Below, piece by piece: positions 36,801 through 49,400 of a DNA stretch of 64,000 nt. Position 1 is the first letter of the stretch. Each line of letters starts with the position of its first letter. The DNA is taken from NCBI RefSeq assembly GCF_036971445.1, contig NC_091471.1:237150001-237214000 (forward strand), read 5' to 3'. The notes beneath the pieces are model-generated. The model had not been told where the DNA came from. It did no database searches and saw only the letters and a program-made list of their open reading frames with translations. A program made the position numbers and the translations under genes. Source of the DNA: Narcine bancroftii (taxonomy: Eukaryota).

Positions 36801-39800
36801 TCAGTATCATTCTCCCATCTCCAGTTAACCCGGAAAGGCTTCGTACCAGACAGAAAGAAAGTGTCGTGCTGGTCTCGGGCAGGGTGCTGCTGTGGTTGAA
36901 AAAGAGAGTCAAAGTTCCAGAACGAACTCTCAATGAAATTATTGGTCGGCATCTCTGTGAATCTAGAGATTGGGAAAAATTCATTATAAAAATCTGGAAG
37001 GACAACAGAAGTATTTCTTTATCACAATTAATTCATCAAATGCAACACCTTTATGAAGAGTGACAGAATCTAACCATCACAATTAGTATTTGCAAGTAAT
37101 ATTAAGTGGAGATTCACCAGACATAATAAATGTTCTGGACTGGGAGCAGGTGCAAATGATGAGATCTCTATTTCAACAATTGGCTAGAAATGTTTGGAAA
37201 ATAAAGAGAAATTTCACAAGCTGGAAATGGCAAATTCCTCAAGTGCTGAGACTTGAATTTTCATAATACAAAATGTCACAAAGATGGGGTAATAAAGCCA
37301 AAAAATATATACAGTAAAACCCCTGGTATCTGGATTCAAGCAACTGGCAGCTTCAACCAACTAGCAAAAAAAAGAGGAAAATAAAAAAAAGATTTAAAAT
37401 AAATAAGAATTAAAATAAAAGGAAAAAAATACATTGTTTAAAATTGTAAAAGTAAATCTTTTGGTGAAGATGGGGAGCAAATGTTCAACCAGTGGAGGGC
37501 CTTGGTCATACTTTGTTCACAGCAGCTGTTTGAATAAAGTGGTGTAAAATGGTGTCACCCAGGATGAAGAGCTGGCTAATGCTCTTCGCCGTTGGGATGA
37601 CTTTCTGAAAGTGTCTCCTTATCTCTGCTTAGTGAGAGTCGCCCCGGTCAAGGGCTATATCTGTAAACTTGGTGGAGGGGAGGGTTAATTATCTATAATC
37701 TTATTGTTCGACTTTTGGGCGGCTCCGGGGAGGGGGAGGAACCTGCAGATGCAACGACGGTGAAATGTTTTCAAAGAATGTGATTGAAAATAAAGTAAGG
37801 TTTATACATTCATGCAAGTAGCTTGTTCAGTGTAAGTAGAGTCTAGTATTTTTGTTTTTTTAAAACTATTTATTATTAATTGTAAAAGTAAGTCTCAAGC
37901 AACTGGAAAATAAACTTATCCGGTATCTACTAAACCCCCATAGGTAGGGTTTTACCAAGGGTTTTACTGTACATTGGTTATCTGGAGGCTTTCCAGGAAA
38001 TCACAGAAATAGTCACTCAAATGTAGAGTGGTACCAAATCCGAAAAGTACAATTAGATGGACAGTTGTTAGGCACATCCTTACTTTTTGTGACAAATTTT
38101 GAGCACCATGTCACAAGAGTGAATACACATGGATAAATTATGAAGCATTTTGATACCTATTCCTTCTTTTTTTCCCAACTTTATTTAAAAGAAAACAGAA
38201 ACATAGCATACAATATAAAAATAGTTAAAGAAAATCCCTCCCCCCAACCCTTACAGCCTTAAGGGCAGCAACAACAAAAAAGAAAATATTAATCATATAT
38301 TAAACATTTTTTTAAAATGTGAACAACATTTCAAAGTATATCTAAATGCATATATTTCAAATACAGAGACCACTTACTAACAAAAGAAGAAGAATTATCA
38401 TGTAAAGTATAAGTAATTTTTTTCCATAACAACACATACTTTCAATTCATTCTGCCAACGAGCTATATTAATCTCAGTATCATCTTTCCAGATACTAACA
38501 ACACATTTACTCGCTACTGATAATACCAAACGTACAAAAGCAATTTGAATTTTATCCAATCCCATTCCTCTTAACAAATATAAATTTCCCAACAAAAAAA
38601 TCATTGGATAAAATTACGTAATTTCTCCAAAACTACTTTAATTCCTTGCCAAAATGATTGAACTTTAACACAATTTCATACAGCATGTAAAAAAGTTCCA
38701 ATACATGAACCACATCTAAAACAAGAATCCGAATTACTATATCCATTTTTTTAAAAAAAACTTTTCAGGGTTCAAATATAATTGATGTAAAAAATTATAA
38801 TTAACCATTCCATATCGCACATTGGTCATTTTAATTACATTGTCTTGACACATACTTGCCCAATCTTCAGGAAAAATAAATACTAAATCACTCTCCCACT
38901 GAAGTTTAGATTTCTCCCAATCTGGTTTCTCCATACTATCTTGTAACAAATTATACATAACCGAAATATAACCCTTTTTCGGTATACAGGAAATCAAAGA
39001 TTCAAATCTCGACAAAGTAGGTAAAATCATCTCTACCATAATTATCATTTATCAAAGCTCTGTTGATAATAAGCAAACAAATAATTTACAGGTATATCAA
39101 ATCTTTCTCTCAATTGATTAAAAGAAAGAAATTGCCCCTCTACAAAACAATCTTGTATTATCTTTATACCTTTAGAATCCCAAATCTTTAAATGATTCTT
39201 AAACATTGAAAAAGGAATAAGCTGATTATTATACAGTGGAGTTAAAATAGATAATTTATCTTTCGCCCCTAACATCCTATTTTCTTTTAGCCAAATCTTT
39301 AATAAATGTTTTAATATCGGCATATCATATTGCTGTAACAAATTCAAACAAAATATAAATTCATGTATTTCAACCTAGGAATACATGCCATTTCCATTTT
39401 AGCCCAGATAGGAGGCTGATCTAAATCCATCAATCTACTGATGAACTTCAACTGGTCTGCTTCATAATAATTTTGAAAAAGTGGTAGTTGTAATCCACCC
39501 AATGTATACTTCCATGTAAGTCTATGCAACGCCATTCGAGCTAATTTACCTTTCCATAAAAACTCTCTCACTGCTTTATTCAAATCTTGAAAAAAACTCT
39601 TAGAAAGTAAACAAGGTAGTGACTGGAATAAATATTGAATTTGTGGAAAAATATTCATTTTAATACAATTAAAGTTAACAGAAGATCTTTCCACTTAATC
39701 AAATCTGCTTTAATCCATCTTAATATAGGTACATAATTTAATTGATATAATGATTGATAATTCATATCCATAAACACACCTAAATATTTAATTTTACTTG

Positions 39801-42800
39801 TCCACCTTAATTTTGTAATTGTTTTAAATTCAGAATAATCTCCCACTCCAACTGGTAAAATTTCATATATCCCGATAATTCTCCAAATTTCAACAAACAC
39901 TCTTCCAATTGTTTCAGTGACCTCTACGGTTCCATCAAATATACCAAAACGTCATCCGCAAATAAATTAATTTTATATTCTTCATTCTTAACCCACATCC
40001 CTCTAATTTCTTCATTTTGTTTAATAGCCTGAGCTAACGGTTCAATAATCAATGCAAATAAGGCTGGTGACAATGGGCAGCCCTGTCGAGTTGAACAAGT
40101 CAATTTAAATGGTAAAGAAATCTGTCCATTCGTCACCACCCTAGCAATCCGATTCGTATATAAAGTCTTAACCCAACCAATAAAAAAAGGGTCGAATTTA
40201 AATTTCTCTAACACCTTTAAAAAAATCCCACTCAAACCTATCAAAAGCTTTTTCTGCATCTAATGGTTAGGTGGCTTTTGATATGCATTGACCAAAGTAA
40301 TTAAGATACCTATTCCTTCTTTATGTATTTTATAGATGCAAAATGGTTGGCAACTCAGGAAAAGGTTTAATATGATTGTCAACCGAACTGGAGGGATCAA
40401 AAGAGATTTTATTTCCCTCAAAGGGCATGAAACAAAATGGGTAACTACTTCAAAGATGAAAAGACTACAGGGGTACAACAGATCAGAAAAGGGAAGAGGA
40501 AGACTTTTAAAGTGGCCAATGAGATAAAAAAAAGGCTTCTTCTGTGCTGTATCTACTACTCCCATTGTTAAATTCAGCTGAACATCAGCATAATTATTTA
40601 GTGGTCATAGGATGAGATAGCAGAAATGGCTTATTTGTAGGCCAATTAAGATATTTAATATTTACCCCATTTCCAGGAATATCTGACGAAATTCTGTTCG
40701 GACTTTCATCAAGGGGTGCAGATGGCCACAGTCTGGAATGATGCCCTGGGCATCAAAGTTGTATGACTTGAATTTCCTCCCTTGCCATGAACCACTGTGA
40801 ACAGAATTTGCAGACGTTGCTTTAAAGATCTCCACATTACTTGCAGCAATAACAAGAGTCATAATCAGGCAGGGAAGCTTATTTTATGCAATGAAATTTT
40901 TTTTTAAATTTGTTTTGCTCTCAGTCTGAAGGTTATTGCATGTTCCAAATGAAAATTGTACAGTTTAGGACAAGAAAGAAACCCAAATATTGACAGCCCT
41001 TCTCAACCATTTTTTGGCTATGTTTAATGGTGACAATGACTTAGGACTCTGTTCAAGGTTTATGAACCCCTTTCCCTGTGATGCAGTCAAGTTTAGTTGG
41101 CTTCTCTTCTATCAACTACATAAAACGCTTTATGATTTCAGTCTGTGCCCCCACTCTTAAATGTGCTGTGGTCCCCATGGAGGAAGTAAGGCTCCCATTG
41201 AGAATGGCTGGTGAAGAGTATGATATAACGGAACATTGGAACAATAATATCAAGAATGTAAAACTGACTGATCTCCCTAGAACATTAATTGATGGATTGT
41301 ATTTGGATTCAACACCAAGGTAGAAGAGCTAGTAGAATGAAAGTTTAGCTTTCAATTGTGATCCAATTATTCAATGTAAAGTGAACATGATAAAAGAATG
41401 AACACAAACATCACCTAATGCTGAACAATATTTCTGAATGTGAATAGCACACCAACACTCCCTGCCCCCTTGTGAAAAGTTTCTGTGATCATCCACTGAA
41501 GACCAACACGAAATGGTTTCCAACAAGGTTCAACACATTGAGATATTCAGCTGCTGAAAACCAATCAAGTGGACATGCTCAATTCATTCAAGAAAACTCA
41601 AATCTCAGGGAAAAAGAATGAAAGAGAACGTGAAAGAAAATGTCCCAGTCTACCACGTGCAAATTTTGGAACTACGCCCTTTATTAGCAACCATGCCAGA
41701 GAACATCACAACATGATTTCTGTCTGGCACACAAATCATTGTGAGGAGAATCAAGGTGGGTGCTTGTCTGTGCTACAGGCCAATCAAGAATTTAACCAGT
41801 GCTGACAATCTGCATAAAAAAAGTTTCTGTTTAAGTTGCAATGTTTTGGGAGGAGTCACGTGATGGAGTAGTGGTCAGTCGGGGAACTCCAGCCCTCTCC
41901 AGAAAAGTAAAATAAAGACAGTGAAAAAACGAAGGCACAAACACAAAAACCAAAATAAAGTGAAAATAAAGGTGTGGAGAAAATGGCAGCGAAAAAAGAA
42001 AAGTCAAAAGCAATGGGAAGAAGAGAAGAAGAAAGGACGTCGGAAGAAGGTGAAGGCCTTACCTGTCCGAGGAGGCCCGCCGCGGAGAGAGAAGCCCGCT
42101 CCCTAAGGTCAGTTGAAGTCCCGAACTCGGGACTACAAAAATGGCTCACGGAGCCAAGCAAAAATGCGCAACCGCGCATGCGCGAGGAGTCGCGCACGAT
42201 GCGCAAGACAAAAATAATATTGAAGGGAGGGGGGAACCAGCTGAGGAGTCGATCTCCACAACTGAGATTGACAGCTACAACACAACAGCAAGAGGAAAAC
42301 GCAGAAAATAACGAGAGCAAGAAAGAGAGTAAGAAGAAATCAAAGAAACAACAGATGACCAACCCAGAGGAAGAAGACCATCAGCAAGACACTTCTAATA
42401 AAAATAAGAAGACCAAAAATACCCAACAAAATAAAACAAACAAACCAACAAGAAAACCAGAAGAGACAGAGGTAAAGGACACAGATCCTGGAATGGACTC
42501 AGAAGAAGAAGAAGAGGAAGAACACAGAGAAATGGAAGATGAAGGGAAGGGCAAGACAATGGATATATATTTTTTTAAAGAATATATGGAATCAGTAAAA
42601 GAATGGCAGTCACAAGAATTCAGTGAAATAAAAAGAAGAGTAAAAAGTACAGAAGAAAAAATGAACAGATTAGAGATGATCATGTCAGATATAGGAAAAA
42701 GAGTGGACAAGGTGGAAGAACGAGAAACAGCCGTAGAAATGGAAGTAGAGGACTTAAAAAAGAAATTAGAAGAATCTGATAAAAAAGTTAAAGAGACACA

Positions 42801-43387
42801 AGAGCTGTTAGCTAAAAAGATAGATAAAATGGAAAATTATAGTAGAAGAAACAATATAAAGATAGTGGGCCTTAAGGAAGATGAAGAAAGCAAGAATATG
42901 AGAGAATTTATAAAAGAATGGATCCCCAGGGTCCTAGGAAGACCAGAACTACAGGAAGAAATGGAAATAGAAAGGGCACACAGAACATTAGCCCCTAAAC
43001 CACAACCACAACAAAAACCAAGATCCATTCTAGTAAAATTCTTAAGATATGCAACAAGAGAAAATATATTGGAGAAAGCAATGAGGAAAATAAGAGAAGA
43101 CAAAAACCCACTGGAATACAAAGGTCAAAAAAATTTTTTCTATCCAGATACAAGTTTTGAACTCCTAAAGAAAAGGAAGGAGTTTAATGCAGCAAAAACG
43201 ATCCTATGGAAAAAAGGATATAAATTTATGCTAAAGTATCCAGCGGTACTTAAAATAGTTATTCCAGGGCCGCAAAACAGACTATTCTTGGATCCGGAGG
43301 TAGCAAGAAAATTTGCAGAACAACTACAAAACAGACAGAGAAAGGAAGATATGTAACGAGAACAAAAATAAATAAATAAACAAATAG

Positions 43388-43431
<44 letters not shown>

Positions 43432-46400
43432 ATGTATATATTAAAAAAAATAGAATATAGGTAAGAACTAAGAAGGGAAAGAAAGGGAAGAAAGGAAGTA
43501 TGGGGGGAATTAAGAGAGTGACCTTTGTTGCATATGAAAATTAAAATCTTTTCTGGGGGGGCTGGGTGTGGAGAGTTATGGTCACTGCGAAATCAGTTGA
43601 CGCTTGTGAGTGAATTCGCAAATCCAAATGGAGAGGGGAGATGTGGTTGCCCGACAAAGGATAAAGGGCAACTCAGGAAGGGGAGGGGATAGTGGGGTGA
43701 AAGAAATTTTAGATAGGAGAATAAGGGAAATGTTTGATGTTTTAGAAATGTTGTCTTATAAAGTGTTCAAAAAAAGAAAGCAGAAATGGATAAGAAGGAA
43801 AGGTGATGATGAGGAAACGGAAAGGAAAGATAAACAAAGTATGAAATGGCTATGTTGAACTATATGACTTTAAATATTAATGGAATACATAACCAAATCA
43901 AAAGGAAGAAACTGCTACATTTACTGAAAAAAGAAAAAATTGATATAGCTTTCGTGCAAGAAACACACTTAACTGAAGTGGAGCACAAGAAATTAAAGAG
44001 AGATTGGATAGGACATGTAACAGCAGCGTCATATAATTCAAAAGCTAGAGGAGTAACTATATTAATCAGTAAAAATGTACCAATTAAAATAGAAGAGGAA
44101 ATAATAGATCCAGCAGGGAGATATGTAATGATAAAATGTCAGATATATTCGGAGTTTTGGAATTTACTCAATGTATATTCACCTAACGAAGAAGATCAAA
44201 AATTTATGCCAGATATTTTTTTTGAAGATAGCAGACACGCAAGGGAACATACTAATAGGAGGGGATTTCAACCTTAATTTGGATTCAAAATGGATAAAAC
44301 TGGGAAAAAAATTAACAGAAAGAACAAAGTAACCAAATTTATAATTAAATAGATGCAAGAAATGCAACTTTTGGATATATGGAGGAAACAACACCCAAAG
44401 GAAAAGGAATATTCATATTATTTGGGTAGACATAAAACATACTCAAAAATAGACCTATTCCTGTTATCAGCTCGCATGCAAGACAGAGTTAGGAAAACAG
44501 AATATAAAGCTAGAATATTATCGGACCACTCACCCCTGATATTGACAATAGAGTTAGAGGACATCCCTCCAAGAATGTATAGATGGAGATTAAAATCCTT
44601 GCTACTTAAAAGACAGGATTTTAGAGAATTAATTGAAAGACAAATCAAAATGTACTTTGAAATAAATACAGAATCAGTGAAAGATAAGTTTATACTATGG
44701 GACGTAATGAAAGCGTTCATCAGAGGCAAATAATAAGTTATGTAACTAAGATGAAGAAGGATTACAATCAGGAAACAGAGCAGTTGGAAAGGGAAATAGC
44801 AAATATAGAAAAAGAATTAGCAATGAAGGAAGACACAACTAAAAGAAGAGAATTGGCAGATAAAAAAATAAAATATGAAACACTACAAACATATAAGGTG
44901 GAGAAGAACATAATGAAGACAAAACAGAAATATTATGAACTAGGAGAAAAAACACACAAAATTCTAGCATGGCAGCTTAAGACAGAACAAACTAAGAGAA
45001 TGGTATTGGCATCAAGGAAAAAAGACAAACAAATCACATATAATCCAACGGAGATTAATGAAAACTTCAGAGAATTCTACGAATAATTATACCAAACTGA
45101 AAACGAAGGGAAAGAAGACAAAATAGATGAATTTTTAACTAAAATTGACCTACCGAAATTACAAACAGAGGAAAAAAATAAATTAACAGAACCATTTGAA
45201 ATAGTAGAAATACAAGAGATAATAAAAAAACTACCGAATAATAAAACACCAGGAGAGGATGGATTCCCAATAGAAATCTATAAAACATTTAAAGATTTAT
45301 TAATTCCTCCCCTCCTGGAAGTAATCATCCAGATTGATAAAACACAAAGCTTATCAGAGGGAAAATAATAAGTTATGTAACCAAGATGAAGAAGGACTAC
45401 AATCAGGAAACAGAGCAGTTGGAAAGGGAAATAGCAAATATAGAAAAAGAATTAGCAATGAAGGAAGACACAACTAAAAGAAGAGGATTGGCAGATAAAA
45501 AAAAATATGAAACACTACAAACATATAAGGTAGAGAATAACATAATGGAGACAAAACAGAAATATTATGAACTAGGAGAAAAAACGCACAAAATTCTAGC
45601 GTGGCAGCTTAAGACAGAACAAACTAAGAGAATGGTATTGGCATCAAGGAAAAAAGACAAACAAATCACATATAATCCAATAGAGATTAATGAAAACTTC
45701 AGAGAATTCTAGGAACAATTATACCAAACTGAAAACGAAGGGAAAGAAGACAAAATAGATGAATTTTTAACTAAAATTGACCTACTGAAATTACAAACAG
45801 AGGAAAAAAATAAATTAACAGAACCATTTGAAATAGTAGAAATACAAGAGATAATAAAAAAACTACCGAATAATAAAACACCAGGAGAGGATGGATTCCC
45901 AATAAAATTCTATAAAACGTTTAAAGATTTATTAATTCCTCCCCTCCTGGAAGTAATCAACCAGATTGATAAAACACAAAGCTTACCAGATTCATGCAAA
46001 ACAGCAATAATTACAGTAATACCAAAGACAGGGAAAGATCTACTTGCACCAGCGTCGTATAGACCAATATCTTTACTTAACACAGATTATAAGATAATAG
46101 CTAAACTATTAGCAAACAGATTAGCCGACTATGTACCAAAAATAGTAAATCTAGACCAAACTGGATTTATTAAAAAAAGACGCACAACAGACAATATTTG
46201 TAAATTTATTAACTTAATTCATGCAGTAGAAGGAAATAAAGCTCCAACAGTAGCAGTTTTTAGACGCAGAGAAGGCCTTTGACAGAGTAGAATGGAATTA
46301 TTTATTCAAAGTACTACAAAAATTCAGCTTACCAGAGAAATATATTAATTGGATTAAAGCATTATATAAGGGGCCATTGGCAAAAGTGACAGTAAATGGA

Positions 46401-49400
46401 TATATATCATAACAATTTAACTTAGATCAACAAGGGAGGGATGCCCACTATCGCCCTTATTGTTCGCGTTAGCCATAGAACCACTAGCAGAACTGATAAG
46501 AACAGAAAATAAAATAAAAGGGATAAAAATAAAAGACAAGGAATATATAATCAGTTTATTTGCAGATGACGTTATAGTATACTTAACAGAACCAGAAATA
46601 TCAATAAAAGAATTACATAAGAAATTGAAGGAATATGCAGAAGTGTCGGGATACAAGATTAACGCAAATAAAAGTGAAGCAATGCCAATGAATAATGCGG
46701 ATTTCTCAAAATTTAAGAAAGAATCACCATTCAGATGGCAAATGCAAGCAATGCGATACCTAGGTATACAAATAAATAAAAACCTCGGCCATCTATATAA
46801 ACTCAATTATAAACTCACTAATGAAAAAATTACAGGAAAACTTAGCATTGGAAAGACCTACCACTAACACTAATAGGAAGGATAAACTGTATTAAAATGA
46901 ACATTTTCCCAAGGATACAATACCTATTTCACGCATTGCCAATACACTTGACAGAGAAATTCTTCAAGTAGTTAAAGAAAATATTAAGGAAATTTTTATG
47001 GAAAGGGGGGAAACCGAGGATAACACTAGATAAATTAACAGAATGGTATAAACAAGGAGGCTTACAACTGCCAAACTTTAAAAATTATTATAGAGCCGCA
47101 CAATTAAGATACCTATCAGATTTTTATCAAACAAGGGAAAAGCCAGATTGGACTAGATTAGAACTAGATAAAATAGGGGAGAAGATACCTGAACATATAT
47201 TATATAAATGGGATGAAAAATTGGTACAACGTAGGAATTCTCCAGTATTACGTCTTCTGCTCAATATTTGGAAGAAGATTCATGTAGAAAGGAATAAAAC
47301 AAATTACCAACTACCAAAACTAATACTGACGCAAAATCAGCTAATCCCTTTTAGAAAAGATAACCTTTCCTTTAGAGAATGGGAGAAGAAAGGGATCAAA
47401 AGAATAGAAAATTGCTTTTCGGGAAATAAATTATTATCCTTTGAACAAATGAAGGATAAATATAATATAACTCACGATACAGTGTCGGCATACTACCAAC
47501 TGAAATCCTACTTGAAGGACAAATTGGGAAGCAGTCTGAAGTTACCAGAGGGAAGTAATTTTGAATAAGTGATTACAGACACAATGATAATCAAAAAATT
47601 TGTAACAAACATGTATATTAAACTACAAGAAAAGGAAAATGAGGAAACAAATGGTAAAACTAAACAAAAATGGGAACGAGATCTAAACATAAAGATAAAG
47701 AATGAAACATGGAAGAAGCTATGCTCCGGAACTATGAGAAATACAATAAACACGAGGTTACGCATGATACAATATAACTGGATACACAGGCTATATATTA
47801 CACCTCAAAAGTTAAATAAATGGGACCCAACAGTATCTGACAGATGTTTTCGCTGCAAAAAGGCAATGGGAACAACAATTCATGCAATATGGACATGTGA
47901 GAAAGTGGAAAAATTTTGGGAAGATCTAAACCAGATATTAAATAAAATCACAAAAAGTAATATACCAAAAAACCCAGAGATCTTCCTCCTAAGTAACATA
48001 AAAAACAAAGAATTTGGACTTGATTTGGATGGTGCACAAAAAAGATTTGTTATGATAGCCCTAGCTGTCGCAAAAAAATGTATTATGTCAGCCTGGAAAT
48101 TAGAAGATAACTTGAGAATACAACAATGGTATATAGAAATGAATAAATGTATTCCATTAGAAAAAATAACATATAATTTAAGAAATAATATTACAATATT
48201 TGAACAAATATGGGAGCCATACATGAAACACAATAGAGAAAACCTACCGGGGACATCTACCACCTAAAATGACAGAAGGAGAAGAGAATGAAAAGAACTG
48301 ACTCAGTGGAATTTTTTGTTTGTTTTTATTGAGTGACAACATTATTTGACGGGTTTAATGTATCCTATTTTCTGAACTTTAAACGAATGGGAGGGGAGGT
48401 AGGGAGGGGAAGAGGGAGGGGGGGGAGAAAATAACACTGTATATGTTCAAGAGGGAAAATGTATGTATCATGATCAATGTGGTTTATAGTGTGAAAAATA
48501 AAATTTTTTTTTAAAAAGTTGCAACATTTTGAACAATTATCACTGTCAAGTCAAATCGTATATTTCTGAAATCTTACTTAGCTATCATCTCTGGGGTGAG
48601 GTCGGTATCTTGTTTGACCACTTTGGTGCTGAATGAACTTCCTTTGGTGATCCAATAGGTCTTCAAAGTCCTTAAATAGAAGTGATATTGTCAAAACACA
48701 GAAATGCAGATGAATTCCACAGTGTGAAGAGAAACAAGGAAAAAGATACAACTTGTGTATCTCTCTCTCTTGATGTCAAACAAATCTAATGGACAAAGAT
48801 TCACTTTCTTGCATCAAAGTTGTGACACAAAAAAGTAGATGACACAATTTTCTTGTTCATTTTCATTGTGTGATGACATTGTTTAATGGGTTTATTGTAT
48901 TGTATATGTTGAACATTTAATGGGTTGGGAGGGAGTGGGAAGGAGGAAGGGAGGGGGAAAAAGGGGAGAAAATGACACTGTGTATATTCAAGAGGGAAAT
49001 GTTTGTGTGTATTTTGGTTAATATGGTTCATAGTGTGAAAAATAAACAATTTTTTTTAAAAAATGTTGTGACACAACAGATATTTCCACAAAACTCCTAT
49101 AACCACAATGCATGATTGACCAGAAAATCCATTCTAATGTTTCTTAAAGAACAAGTATTGTTCAAAACACTAAGTAAATCTGCTGACAAAGTACTGTAGG
49201 ATATTTTATGGTCCTAAAAAGGACAGATGGGACTTTAGTTAATATCTAGGCCAAAATAAACCAAACATTCACAGTTCACGGTGACCTGGCATAAATCTCG
49301 TTGGCCCTGCGAGATTTACAAGCCTTGGTGCGGCCCTTGTCTATTTAACTGCTTCAGGTGATTCACATACTCCTCCCTGAACTCGCTACCTTCCACATCC

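Larger units (their letters stand above)
41849..48515 (+). mobile_element. Full-length L1-clade LINE in FARSA intron 5 (antisense to FARSA)
   Basis: 5' end, ORF1, ~490-bp spacer, ORF2 (APE endonuclease, RT, C-terminal CxxC..H..C), G-rich 3'UTR, AATAAA and A/T tail; 16-bp TSD AAGTTGCAA(TG/CA)TTTTG at 41833-41848 and 48516-48531. Confidence 0.95.
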
